From NCBI RefSeq assembly GCF_964188315.1, contig NC_135657.1:64976001-65040000 (forward strand): a stretch of DNA of 64,000 nt, given 5' to 3'. The notes under the pieces are model-generated. The model made no database searches and was not told the DNA's origin. It saw nothing but the letters and a program-made list of their open reading frames with translations. Made by a program: the position numbers and the translations under genes. This document shows positions 10,788 through 23,041 of this stretch, piece after piece. Source of the DNA: Podarcis muralis (taxonomy: Eukaryota). The first letter of the stretch is position 1, and each line of letters begins with the position of its first letter.

Positions 10788-12879
10788 CACCCAAAGGCAG
10801 GACTGTGCTCCTGACAGGTGGTGCAACTGGCTGTGATTCCTTTCGCTCAACACACGTCATACAAACCGGCTATGTTAAAATATCCAGTTTTCAAGGGCGG
10901 TCCTATTATTTACTGCCAGCTTCTTCTGGTGGTACCCCTTTAAGAATGTGAACATTCAAGATGGCATTGTGGGGATCTTTAATTGTTCTGACATGCAAAG
11001 CAAAATACACCTACCCTTTGTTGCCATAACAGATTCCTATGATTATCTAGTCACTCATGCCTATACAAATGGTTTGGGATTCATAAGAGTCCCATGGACT
11101 TGCATGCACACATTGAAACTTTTGACTGGGCAACACACAAATCACAACCTACTTTTGAGATTCCAGGTTTATACGCAGTTTGTTATGTGAAATGCAGAGT
11201 TGCTGCTACTCATGAAAAACATCTAAATTGCCTTTTGGCCTACGGAACTAGCTGATCAAATACATTATTTGGATCTTGTCTGTGATGCCTTTTCAGTGAG
11301 AGGGAAGCACAGCTACAACCCATCAGTCATGCTCTAAAGTGTTTGGTCTTGTTCAGATGTAGTGGTGCAGCCACAATTTAAACCTGGCTGATTCTCACAA
11401 ACTGGAGTTTAATCAAATCATGGTTCTTCAAATTGTGACTTCCGTGTGGGAACTGTGGTATGTTTAAAAATGGAAATGGAAAATTCTGATCTCATCCTCT
11501 AAGGTAACAGAGTGGCAAACAATGGATTCCTCTTAGGTTTGAACCAGGACTATAATGTTAGGTTATGGAAAGCTCCTGTTTGGGAAGGCTCCACTATGCA
11601 ATCAAACTATAGGCCTTATGCAAATGAAAATTGCATGGAACTTTCCCACATTTATTTAGGCCTAAATATATAGTTACAATTAACCCTAGCATCTTGCCAG
11701 ATTTTACAGCTGCCACTGATAATTTGCACAATACCAAAAAATGCAGTTGTAGGAAATACTGAGAAGTCACTGTGTATGTATTAATGTAACCAAAAGCTGA
11801 GTTGAGCTATTTGGCTAGTAACGCTGCATATTTGCTCATCAGCTTTCAAACAGTACAGAGATCATTCAGTTCATACCATCAGCTTTACACAACTACAGTA
11901 GCAAGTATCTCTTACAGCCTTTTGAGGCAAGCGTTTTTGTCACACAGGCTTTTTAAGAAATAGAAACCACAAGGGGAAAAACAGCAGGAGCATATTTAAA
12001 GTCCCCTTTCCCCCATACCAGAGAATATAAACTACAAAAAGCCCATAATTCCATTTTAGAAGTTATAGCGCTGCCTGCACTGTTAAGAAACAAGACTTAA
12101 TGTAGTCACTCAAATTTATTGCATGCCTACACAAATTGTGACCCACCAAACTGAACACAGCTCACCAGCCATGTATTACAGCCTTTTTGGTGCTTGTTTT
12201 TGAAGCCCCAGACAGGCAACCTAAACAAGAAACTTTCAGCAAGCCCCTGGGACCCACCATATATGGCTATGTTTGACTTGGTGGGTCCAAGTACAGGCAT
12301 GGTTTACCATCTTGACTTTAGCTCAACTGGCTGTGATTTCCATATCTTTTCCCAGTCTCCTGAAGGCCAGTGAATGCTCTGCACTAATGGGACTTGCTCT
12401 TGGGCAAGGGTGCATAAAATTGCAGTCAGAAAAACAAAATTCTGCAACAAGGAAACCCAAATTCTGCAAGAGGGAAACCAAGTAAAAAATATGTGGCAGC
12501 TGTAGACTGTTATGCAAGCCACATTAGCAGAAATCCCCTCTAAAAAATTCCCTCCCAGGCGCCTCCTTATCTGTGAAAATTATGCAAACTGAATTATTTT
12601 GCATGGTTTTCTGGAGCTTTTCATGGTTTATTTTGCTTTTGTTAACCGTGAAAAAAGACAAGGAGCTGTATGGATTACTGAAACCACACTCCTGACAAGT
12701 GGAAATGTTATTCGGCAAAACTGTCTTCGACAACCTGGTGTCCTCCAGATGTGCTGAACTACAACTCCCATCTGCTACTAGGTTGGTGTAGGCTACAAAA
12801 ACTCCTCTGTGGGGCTGCCTTTCAAAATTGCCTGGAAGCTCTATCTGGCTCAACACAGGGTAGTGAGATTATTGATGGG

Positions 12880-13225
12880 CATTGACAACTATCAGTGTAT
12901 TACTTCAGTGTTCTGTCATTTGCACCCTAAGTCCCAGCTGCAATTCAAAATGCTGGCATTAACCTCTAAAGCCCTAATTTTATTGGGGCCCATATACCTG
13001 AATGATCGCCTCCTCTTATATAAATCTGTCCAGACTTTAAAATTCCAATCACTAGGTGAGGACTTTCTCCAAATTTCCACCCTTAGTGAACTAAAGGTGT
13101 TCTGAGAAATGACCTCTACAGTGGTGGTGCCCCATTATAAAGCCCTCTCTCCATAAAGGCTTGCCTGGCAGCCTGGAACCTATATAAAGACATTTCAGTG
13201 CCAGGTGAAAACACTTCTATTCATG
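12880..13225 (+). mobile_element. Old L2-type LINE 3' fragment
   Basis: Decayed LHxLP..QFKMLALTSKAL..LGP.YL motif typical of L2 ORF2 C-terminus. Confidence 0.65.
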
Positions 13226-13663
13226 CAGGTCATTTAATAATTAGGTTGCAGTCCAAACCCACAATCTGCCAAGCTCAGAATAGTTCCAACACTCTCTGCT
13301 AGAATCACTCTCCATGTGCTGAGAGTGCAGGTGGGCAATACTACTGGCAGGAAATGGTAGCCCATGGAAAGCCCAAAACCTAGCATTCTGGGGGTGGAAA
13401 TGGGCTGAGCGAGCCCAAGATCTGCTGGATCCTGAGTCAGTGCCACTGCCATCAGTTAACGGCATCAGGCTCAATATGGGTTCAATTGCTACAGATCACA
13501 CTTTTGCCTGCACCATCTTCAACTCCCATCCCAGCCTGCATGAGCACCAATAACTGCAGGTATGGTGGCAGTATACAGCTCTGTCACACCCTCTGCTGCC
13601 AGGCTAAAGTCTGGGTTGCTCTGCCAGAGGACATGGTTAACTTGGCAGTATATAAATGCCAAA

Positions 13664-13666
<3 letters not shown>

Positions 13667-13709
<43 letters not shown>
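13667..13709. repeat. (GA)n microsatellite
   Basis: Direct reading. Confidence 0.95.
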
Positions 13710-13711
<2 letters not shown>

Positions 13712-14109
13712 TGTAAACTGGTTGCTGCCATCTACATTGAATTGAAATACAGTCTAGAAATCAAATTTAAGTGGTCTTCCTTCAGACTATTTATGCTAAA
13801 CCCTTCACAAAACTGAGAAAGGCAAATGTGGGACAGACGAGCACATTTTAGAATTCACCAGAACAAATAACCCACCCAATTGACAAAGCAGCAACCAATG
13901 CAAAGCAGCCCTTGCAGCAAACACCATTCACCCACCCAATCGTTAGATCCTGCTTACGGATGCAAACAATCGCCCATCCCCCCTCTGCACTACCCATGTA
14001 TAAGACGACCCCCCCCCCATTTTTTACTTTATTTTGGAGTAAAAAAAACCTTGCCTAATACACAGAAAAGTACGGTAATATCAATGTTCTAATTCCAATG
14101 GCAAATAAA

Positions 14110-16181
14110 TACAGTGGTACCTCGGGTTACATACGCTTCAGCTTACATACGCTTCAGGTTACAGACTCCGCTAACCCAGAAATAGTACCTCGGGTTAAGA
14201 ACTTTGCTTCAGAATGGCGGATTCCCTCTGAGCTCCGGAGGGAATCGGCTCCGCAGGATTGGGTCTTGCCGCTGCGGCGACGCGGGGACCCTTAAAAATC
14301 ACAGGCGGTGAAGCCTGTGAGCGTGGTGACTTGGCGGGCACCATTTGTGCCCCCCCGACCTGCGAAGGAGCCTTTTTAAAGGCTTCGGAACGGGGGACGG
14401 GGTGAGCGGCGCGGTGCTGAGAGTCGACTGCTTCTCCTGCGGAGTGAAGCTGCACTGCCGTGGTCGGAGAGCGCTGACTTCTTCTTGTGAGCAATTGGAC
14501 TTTAAAGTGACAACCCGTGAGTAGTACGGAAATTGGAATTGTAAAGAAAATTTTTTATGAATTAGGCACGATCGGGGAAGGTGCAAACAGGAAGTCCACC
14601 TCCCCCCCCCCCCCTGTAAATAATTTAAAGCAAGGACCTGCTAACTAAGGTCGAGAGATCCTCTTTTTTTCCTATTTTGGTAAAAGACTTTAATTTCACG
14701 GTTTGGCAGTACAAGAAATCTTACTGGAGGATAAAGAGCTAATTTTGGGAGCTGAAGTGCCACCCCCCCAGACCCGGGAGTGCTCCGCGAGAGAGCCTGT
14801 TGATGAGGTATTGAAGAGTTTGACAGCTGTCAAATTAGCTGTCAAGATGGAAAAAGAGAACTTTGTTTCTGTTGCTTCTGCTGGTTATATTTGTTACAAT
14901 TTTGTTACAATTTGTTGAAAACAAGGAAGAGCTGATACAAACTAACTTGATTGTTGGATTTGAACTGGAAGGAATGAAAGTTACAAGGCCAAATTGATGT
15001 TTTGGCTACAAATGTTACAACTCTGGACTTAACAGTAAACAACATCATTGAATTGGATAAGGATTTGAATCAGGAAGTCTATTCAACTGGACAAAAAGAG
15101 AAACTTGAGAGCTTTGAGAATTTGGAGAAGGAGATATCTGTTGTCCCTGAAGAAAAGGAAGGAGGAGCTGTAATTTTGCAGATGACAAAGGAGAGCTTGA
15201 GGTGTGACATGATGGCAACAAAGGAAAATAAAAACTTGATGTGGAAAATCTGGTCTGAATTGGAGATTGAAAAATGGAGAGATCTCTTTAGGTGGAGATC
15301 TGAAGATCTAAGGATTACAAATTTGCTTAAGGTGGAAGTTGGAGCTTTGGGGACATTTGGACTTGAAAGGAGTAAGAAACAAGATTTGGGCTCCACTTTT
15401 AAGTATGGAGGTCTGGCTGGAAGAAACATGGATCCCGTTGGGCCAGAGCTTCTCCGAGATTTGGTGTTCAATATTAAGGACTATCAAAAAAACCGGCAGA
15501 GAGGAATTGAGAGAGAATTAAGAGCCTCGGATGTGAGATCTCCAGGCTGATAGTAGATTAAGACTGATGGACATTTGCTGGGGACTTAAACCGGGAAAGG
15601 GGGGGTGGAGTTTGGGAATCCAAAGGGTACATAATCACAATATGTTCTGTTTTTATTTTGCTTTGTTATTTGTATGAAAATTGGGGAATTCGTGGAAGGG
15701 AATTTGGGTCGACTTTAGAAAAAATGTTTTAAGAATGAGTATTGATGTATAAGTATTGGTGTCTAAGTTTGGATAAGGCAAAACTGGTTTGTTTAAATGA
15801 ACCAAATAGAAATAGGTTAAAAATCATGGATAAGGATTTGCTAAACTAACAATTTGAATTGGAATACAAGAAGGGGAGGTATGAGGAGGTCAGGGAAATA
15901 TGTCATTGAAAAATAAGTATTGTGAACTTTATGTGTTTTTAACTTTTTTTTGCTTTTTCCTTTTTGATTTTTTATTGTATTAAATTTGAAAACCTTAATA
16001 AATATCTTTTTTTAAAAAAAAAAAGAACTTTGCTTCAGGATGAGAACAGAAATCGTGCTCCGGCGGTGCAGCAGCAGCAGAAGGCCCCATTAGCTAAAGC
16101 GGTGCTTCAGGTTAAGAACAGTTTCAGGTTAAGAATGGACCTCCGGAATGAATTAAGTACTTAACCCGAGGTACCACTGTA
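14110..16181. mobile_element. Tc1/mariner MITE split by a 1.8-kb retroposon
   Basis: TA flanks; TIR CAGTGGTACCTCGGGTTA / TAACCCGAGGTACCACTG. Rejoining 14110-14212 to 16039-16181 gives an element colinear with the uninterrupted copy at 18075-18312. Confidence 0.92.
14213..16022 (+). mobile_element. Non-autonomous L1-type retroposon lacking ORF2 (HAL1-like architecture)
   Basis: Perfect 16-bp TSD AAGAACTTTGCTTCAG (14197-14212, 16023-16038); TT/AAGA target site; CpG-rich 5' end; Glu/Lys-rich open frame 14978-15550; AATAAA 15997-16002 then oligo(A). No RT or endonuclease motifs. Confidence 0.85.
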
Positions 16182-16869
16182 CATAGCACTAGATGTCACC
16201 ATTTGCCAGCAATTAATCAGAGATGGAATTCTAACACAATAAGGTCTTGACCCCCAAATATATGAGGTCTCACTATCAATCGACCATAATCCAAAGTAGC
16301 ACAATGTGACACATCCACAAAACAAAAAAATTAGAAATATTTGTACAGCCAATTAACTAAAGCACATGATCTCCTCTGCAGATTACACATAAACTCACAA
16401 AACACAAGATGCATGTATGATGTGTATTATCAAGGAATTAAGCATTTGTAACATGGGTAAATTTATCTAAGCTAAAGGAGGAAGGGTAGGAAAAAATACC
16501 TGAAAAAATACAGATGGAGGATACTAGTGAGGCAAAGATTAGTGCCAAGGATAGCAACACATAGTCAATACATATACAGGGTAGGTGATCAGTCAAGAAC
16601 ATGAACCAAGAAGCTACCAGTCAAATTTGGTCAAGGTACAATATATGCAGAGTCAGGGTTGTTAAGGTGCAGTGAATCTGCCCAAAGTTTTCCATTGCCT
16701 GAACATTTTAACAGAGTCCTTGCCTATTAATTCTGCATCCTTTATGAAGCAACAACAGCACTCAACTGCGATATTTTTGTGAAAGCAATGCAGCCAGGCA
16801 TGACTTAAAATGAAGTGAGGAAGATCCATACAAACTACAGGAGCCAAGAGGAATACTTTGTAAAACTAT

Positions 16870-17870
16870 CTAATATTTTCAATTTAGGAGTGGCTGGCAT
16901 CTTCCCACTATGATTGGGCCTCTATGTTTTGGTAATTTTACAAGTAGCAAGCCAAGCCCTGGGATCAAGTTTCAAATTTACTCACTCACTTACTTACTAT
17001 AACCTTTTCAAATCTGTAAGTGTAGAGGTCATAAGAGAAATAGACGTCCTGGATCCAAAGTCACCTTCCATACAGATCTTTGAGCTTCCATTTGCTTTCA
17101 CCACCATCGAAAGGAAGGAAGGGCTGCTAAGAACCGGGGGGGGGAGGGGGGGATCACAGTGGAGGCACTCTCAGATTTATGAATTTGAACTCGGTGTACA
17201 CATTCTTTACATATAATAAGACTCCCTGCCCCCCTCCCACTTTGAACAAGGTATACCCTTCAGCTGCTATGTTCCAATCATGAGTCTCCCCTCATCACAC
17301 CTCAGTAATACCTTAATTTCCTGGTTAGGATGCCAGATCCTTCCTGTTTGTTTCCCATATTTTGTGTTGTAAGGGACCATGGCCATTGCACCTTCCCAAT
17401 TTCCCTGCTGTTGTAGTTACCTGAAAATTACCAGGCACCACTTCCATTGTACTGCCTCCTTTTTTCTTTTTTCTTTCTTTCTTTTTTGCCTTCTTCCTAG
17501 TACTTGACTCAGTATACAGCTCTGGGCTTTTGCCTCCATTCCTCACAGGATTTGGTTTAAAAGTTTCCTTGATCATGTTGACAAGGTTCCTGAAAAGCAC
17601 GTTCTTCCCAGTCCTAATGGGGTACATCCCATCTCCCACCAGGTCCAAGAAACAATGCTATCTTGTAGCTGGCTGTTCACTTATGGCATCCTGCTATAAC
17701 TCCCCAATCTTTTACAGGAAGGAGGGAACTGGGTGGAGGGACTACTTTTGTCCCCAAGACTTTCAAAGATGGCTTACTAGTTTTAGGCATTTGCATTAAC
17801 CTAGCATAGCTTTGTCCATGGAAAAGAGAACAAGGGACAACAGCAAAGAAATATTTTTGGTATGGCAAAT
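16870..17870 (-). mobile_element. Decayed CR1 LINE internal fragment (ORF1 esterase end to ORF2 endonuclease start)
   Basis: LKVLGTKVVPPPSSLLPVKDWG and DGMYPIRTGKNVLFRNLVNMIK resemble the CR1 SGNH esterase. These are followed by ETHDWNIAAEGYTLF and ICMEGDF, resembling the APE endonuclease. Many stops and frameshifts. Confidence 0.7.
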
Positions 17871-18074
17871 CATGATTTCCTATTTATTTAGGGAAAATAA
17901 ATGAATTTATAAATTACTTCTTGGTAAGATGAGAGCAAGAATCCCATTGCAGGGCCCACAGAAAGTAATGAAGTTTGGGGCTAAAGCACCAAGGGTGTAG
18001 GGTTCCCTGCTGCAACAAAATCCACTGTATTTGAAATGAGAGCCCTCTTATGTTGAAAAAACCATGGCTTCTAC

Positions 18075-18312
18075 TACAGTGGTACCTCGGGTTACAGACG
18101 ATTCAGGTTATAGACACTTCAGGTTACAGACTCTGCTAACCCAGAAATAGTACCTCTGGTTAAGAACTTTGCTTCAGGATGAGAACAGAAATTGTGTGGC
18201 GGTGGCAGCGGGAGGCCCCATTAGCTAAAGTGGTACCTCAGGTTAAGAACAGTTTCAGGTTAAGAACGGACCTCCAGAACAAATTAAGTTCTTAACCCAA
18301 GGTACCACTGTA
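18075..18312. mobile_element. Tc1/mariner MITE, intact copy of the 14110 family
   Basis: TA flanks and TIRs; carries the single empty site GGTTAAGAACTTTGCTTCAGGATGAG. Confidence 0.9.
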
Positions 18313-19717
18313 TTAGCTATAAATAGAATACACAGTCTTGCTCTATTATATTACAGCTAAATAACTTGTCCATTTTATAAGAAAAGTAGAGGAAAGTAAA
18401 TGTGTGCATGTCTGGAAGAAAGCAGGGGAGAGAAAAATCTCACTGCTGAAAAGTGTTCTGCCAAAATAAACCTTGGAGCATTTTATAAATTAATTCTGGT
18501 CCGCATGTTTATTTTTCTTTTGGAAATTCTAAAATGAGACCGTTCAAATCATCTTATTGGCAGCAGCATATTTTTAGAGGAGTGAAGAAAAAAACCCCAC
18601 AGAGCTCTGTTACTGGAAGGTGCTTGCTATTTTTTTCACTGAAAGTATTCTTTTCTTCTGACCTGGCATATTAGATAAGATTTATACTTCTGACCTGACA
18701 TTATGTAGTTAAGATTTATTCTTCTGTATCAGCTTTATGATGCTTGCAAGCTATTTATTTACAGCATGGGGAATATATTTATGGCATAAGAAACAGAGAT
18801 TGTACTTTAAAAAAGAGTAAAAAAAAATTTCAGGGAGAGTCCCATGTAACAGTGAAAACAGCAGATGCCCCTACAGCTGCTTCCCCCGGGCTCTTGGGGT
18901 ATTTCCTTTGTTGTTTCAGCATCAGCATTAAACAATTTTAAGTCATTTTGATGGAGAGCAACCTTAGACGGTTCCAAAAGCTCCAGCACATTCAAATATA
19001 TGCTGAAGTGCAAGATAAAACAGGCTTTTTTCCTTAAGCTGCGATCTGTCGCTAACACAGATCCGATTGACTTGATTTTGATTCATTGTATTTCTATGCC
19101 ACTTTCCATTCAAAATCATCTAAAAGAAGCTTACAAACAATAAATAACAATTACAGAATGGAACATCATGAATACAACATGAATCATAGAAAATAAATAA
19201 CAAATCATCAACGAAATAATTGCAATCTCTAAAACACCATTAACAAAGCAGCAACTGAAAAATAAGCCAAGCATCGCAATAATCCATAAAACAATATCAA
19301 CGTTAACAAAATAGCAACTAAAAAAAGAGAGAGAGCTATGCACAGTCAAGTCTGTACGCAGACTCTTCACGATCACATGTCTTATTATCTTTCATTCTAT
19401 TCAGTTCATTAAAACACAGAGGATGGACTGGGAAGTCCTGAGGGAAGTGATTTTTGTTCTGCATTATTTTGTTTTGGGAAATGTATGATGTATATATTTA
19501 AAATCTGGAAAATGTGTCAAATGAAATGAAATAAATGGAATTTAAAGAATAAAATAAAAACACACATAATGCCTGTTGTTAAGACAGCTCAGCCAAATGC
19601 TGTGCCAGCTGGGGTCCTCAGGTAGCGAGTGGGCCATGGTGGAGGCAGTGGGGCTCTCAGGCCTATCGCCAGTGGTAAAGGATATGTTGAGTCAGGATAG
19701 TAATCAGGGAGTCCATT

Positions 19718-19848
19718 CCCACTCGAGAAAGTCCAAGGCAAGCCTGTCCCTCTGGAGCAGAGAGTCGTGGCTGCATTTGGTGTAGAGGCAGACCAAGAGG
19801 TCCAGCAGCGCCTCCACACTCAAGACACTCTTGCTGGGCACAGTCCAG
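19718..19848 (-). pseudogene. Fragment of an MRCK-family kinase (CDC42BPB-like) exon 1
   Basis: Minus-strand frame reads SVLSVEALLDLLVCLYTKCSHDSLLQRDRLALDFLEW versus recalled CDC42BPB [36 protein letters not shown]. No start codon; in-frame stop 4 codons after the W. Confidence 0.8.
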
Positions 19849-20951
19849 CCAAAATAAAGCTCAGTGAACTTACATTAATTTCACTGGGAGTATTAAGCAC
19901 ATGTTTACATCCCTCCTATTAGAATAAATGAGAGTTAAAAGAGCTTAACTTTCATTAGATCATACTCATTGTTTCAAGTGCTGGTTTTGATTACATTGCC
20001 ATTTTAAAGAAAAGGTAACTCTACTTGGGGCTGATTTACACATGCACATACACCATTTGGTATCTCATCACTCAGATGCTTAACACTTAATAACTCACAG
20101 CTGAATGCACAAATTACTGCCTCTACTGAAAAGGAATGCATTCCCCAAAAATAATCAGGTTAAGTTCTGTTCATTTTTTGTTTTGTGATGGTGCTGTCAC
20201 ACATGTAAGTCATCACAACGCTGGAGCCATTGGCTGACAATTATTCACATATGAACATATCTTTCACTTGAAATGCCAAATTATGGTTTACAAGACTTAG
20301 ATGTGGTTAATTGCAACATCCAAATTGGCAAACCATGGCTTAAAGCAGATCTGCAAACTATGGGTAGAAAATTGTAGCACTAAGGATATCATTCTGTCAA
20401 TACAAGCATTTTCCCTTGCTTCTACGCTCTCTTCTGTGGAGCCTTCCAGGGCAGATTTTGGAGAGATATGGGGTCGCATGCCCCACATTTCTATAAAATA
20501 TCCAAGGAAACTCACCTTTTCCATGTGCTCTTTGGTGAAATTCCCAGCTTTCCATTCTGTACCACTTTGACTTAGCCTGTAACAAAGTCTAAGAATGTGC
20601 AACTGAAAAAGCTACATTCTTCCTAATGCCTACCCCTGCCTCCACTTCCCTCTCTTCCTCTAATGTTTCCCTGTGTCAATTTTAGTCTGAAAGCACCTCA
20701 GGGTAGGGACCTGCTTTGTTATCTATTACACCGGGCCTGCCACTTCCACATAATTTACTTATGCAACTGCAGCCTCCAAATAAATAAATGGAGAGTGGGG
20801 AAAACTTACCATGGACAGAGCTTTTTAATCCCCACATCTTGCCTACTGGGCTCTGGGAAGGTCGTGGTAAGTAAGGCAGAGGACTAAGCTCACTCCGGAC
20901 AGGTAGGGATGGTTGCACAGGAGGGGGGCATGGTTCTGAGGGTTTCCTTTG

Positions 20952-21071
20952 TCATTGTTGCTTAGTCATTTAGTCATGTCCGACTCTTCGTGACCCCGTG
21001 GACCAGAGCACTCCAGGCACTCCTGTCTTCCACTGCCTCCCGCAGTTTAGTCAAACGCATGCTGGTAGCTT
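20952..21071 (-). mobile_element. BovB 3' end fragment
   Basis: Reverse complement of the BovB 3' UTR (GTCCGACTCTTCGTGACCCC...CTTCCACTGCCTCCCGCAG). Confidence 0.85.
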
Positions 21072-22793
21072 TACACAATTTGGCTTTGCATGTGGATGCC
21101 CGGAACTGAACTCTCACGTAGTGAGGTCACTGTATATATTTTGAAAAGTAGTTTGTCTGTTTGTCCATTTGTTCTCTATGAGTTTGGACACCTCTTGATA
21201 TATCATTGCCAAACTTTACACAAGGGTTCCTGAGATGGGCTCAGTGGTTGTTGTTGATGTTTGGATGTCAGGTGCCATTTTGAACCAAGATGGCAGACCA
21301 AAGCATGGTTTTGATGTGACTTCACCTGATTTTTGGTGTAAGGGGTCCAAACTGTGCCACTTTCAAACTCTGCACTTTTTTGTTTTACTCTCTTTTTTTA
21401 CTCCAGTTGTGGATTTCATTTAAGTAGTGCAATCATATTTCCCTGTCTTCTTATACAATATTAATTATAAAATAATAGTACAGCTCTTTGCTTCTTATAT
21501 ACTCCACATTGCACTTTTGTGCATGTTTCTTAAGAAGTAACCTCTCCCTAGGATTCCAACACACTTACCTGAGAATAAGCCCATTTAACATAATGGGACT
21601 TACATTCAAATATACATGCACAGGATTGCAACCCTGTTGTATTCATCCCACTGAAGCCAATTGTTTTAGGCTTGATTTGGTGTTCAGCTAAGTATGTAAG
21701 TTTTCGAAGCACTTATTTAGGAATAGGAGGAAAGTTTATGGGTGAGTTATGACAATGTCAAGAAGGTGATGTAGTAAAAGTCATAAAATACTTGCAGATG
21801 CTGGTATTTGTAGCTTTGGAGAAGAAGCACTGGAATAATGTTTACTGTTGCTAAGCGTGTCTGTGGGAGACCTGCAGCAGGGAACATGGGTGGTTTCCCT
21901 CTCTTTGACCCACAGAGCTGATAGGAATCAAATATCATGTTCTCAAACTTACCTTCAGTAAATTCTGTTGTATTGTTGGATGCGCTCATAACATAAATTC
22001 TATAAAATACATTAAAGTGCCATGTTTTTTGCAGTTGGATTTGTGCATGAGGATCCGGGGATGCACTGCAGGTGTTTCTACATCAGCTAGTCATTTCTAT
22101 TTTGTGATTTATATTTGGACTCAGTTCAAAAACACTCCAACATAAAACAGAGCCTGACGTTACCGGGTAATACCAGGCAGGTAAACATATCCAAGTCCTA
22201 CCTGAACTACACATCCTTACCATAGGCTGAGTACACATTACCATCTTAAAACACAATGAGGTGTTTTCCCCCCATTGTGTTTCAATTTGCATTTGCATTC
22301 CTATGCTTTGACATGTTTCCACATCACCCACAGCCTGCCCACACCACTGAGTGGAGATGGCGTGGGGATATCCCAATGCAAACTGCCTGGTGGGTGTCCT
22401 CACCCTTCCACCTACCTTCTCTCCTGCTGGAACTAACTTGTGAAAAGCTAAGCCCAGAGGCACTTGGAGCTAGGAAACCAGAGCCTCATATTACAGGTTC
22501 TTGAGAACAGCTTTAAGACCACTACAAAACAGTTGGAAAGTATTTAAACTTAAGCAGAAGCAGATATATTGCTGGCACCATCTTCATCTGCACATGCATG
22601 CCCATACTGCCACCACACACGTTCAGCCACACCCAGAAGGAAAGGTCAGTGTCTCAAGTATACACACTGGGGCTTCACTGTTAATTGAATAAGGCTACAG
22701 TTTCCAAGTCGGATCAAAGCTGGTTTGTGGGATATGCATCAAACCTCAGTATTTCACAAAAACTGCAAAATACATCTGGATCATTGACAATAC

Positions 22794-23041
22794 CAGGGGT
22801 CAGCAACCCTTTTCAGCCATGGGCTGGTCCACTGTCCCTCTCAGACCATGTGGTGGGCCGGACTATATGGGGGGGGAATGAACGAATTCCTATGCCCCAC
22901 AAATAACTCAGAGATGCATTTTAAATAAAAGGGCACATTCTACTCATGTAAAAACATGCTGATTCCTGGACCGTCCATGGGCTGGATTGAGAAGGCGATT
23001 GGGCCGCATCTGGCCCACGGACCTTAGGTTGCCTACCCCTG
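22794..23041. mobile_element. hAT-type MITE
   Basis: TIRs CAGGGGTCAGCAACC / GGTTGCCTACCCCTG; 8-bp TSD GACAATAC / GATAATAC (1 mismatch). Confidence 0.85.

Noticed and set aside
15002-15550. 182-aa ORF as a host gene
   Set aside because: TTG start, no splice context, and entirely inside a TSD-flanked retroposon.
18807-19058. ORF with a cysteine-rich stretch (SSCRGICCF) as a possible extra exon
   Set aside because: No recognisable homology and no resemblance to the RSPO3 basic terminal exon; it is also upstream of exon 2.
20297-20602. Overlapping 89-101-aa ORFs on both strands
   Set aside because: No homology recognised; expected by chance.
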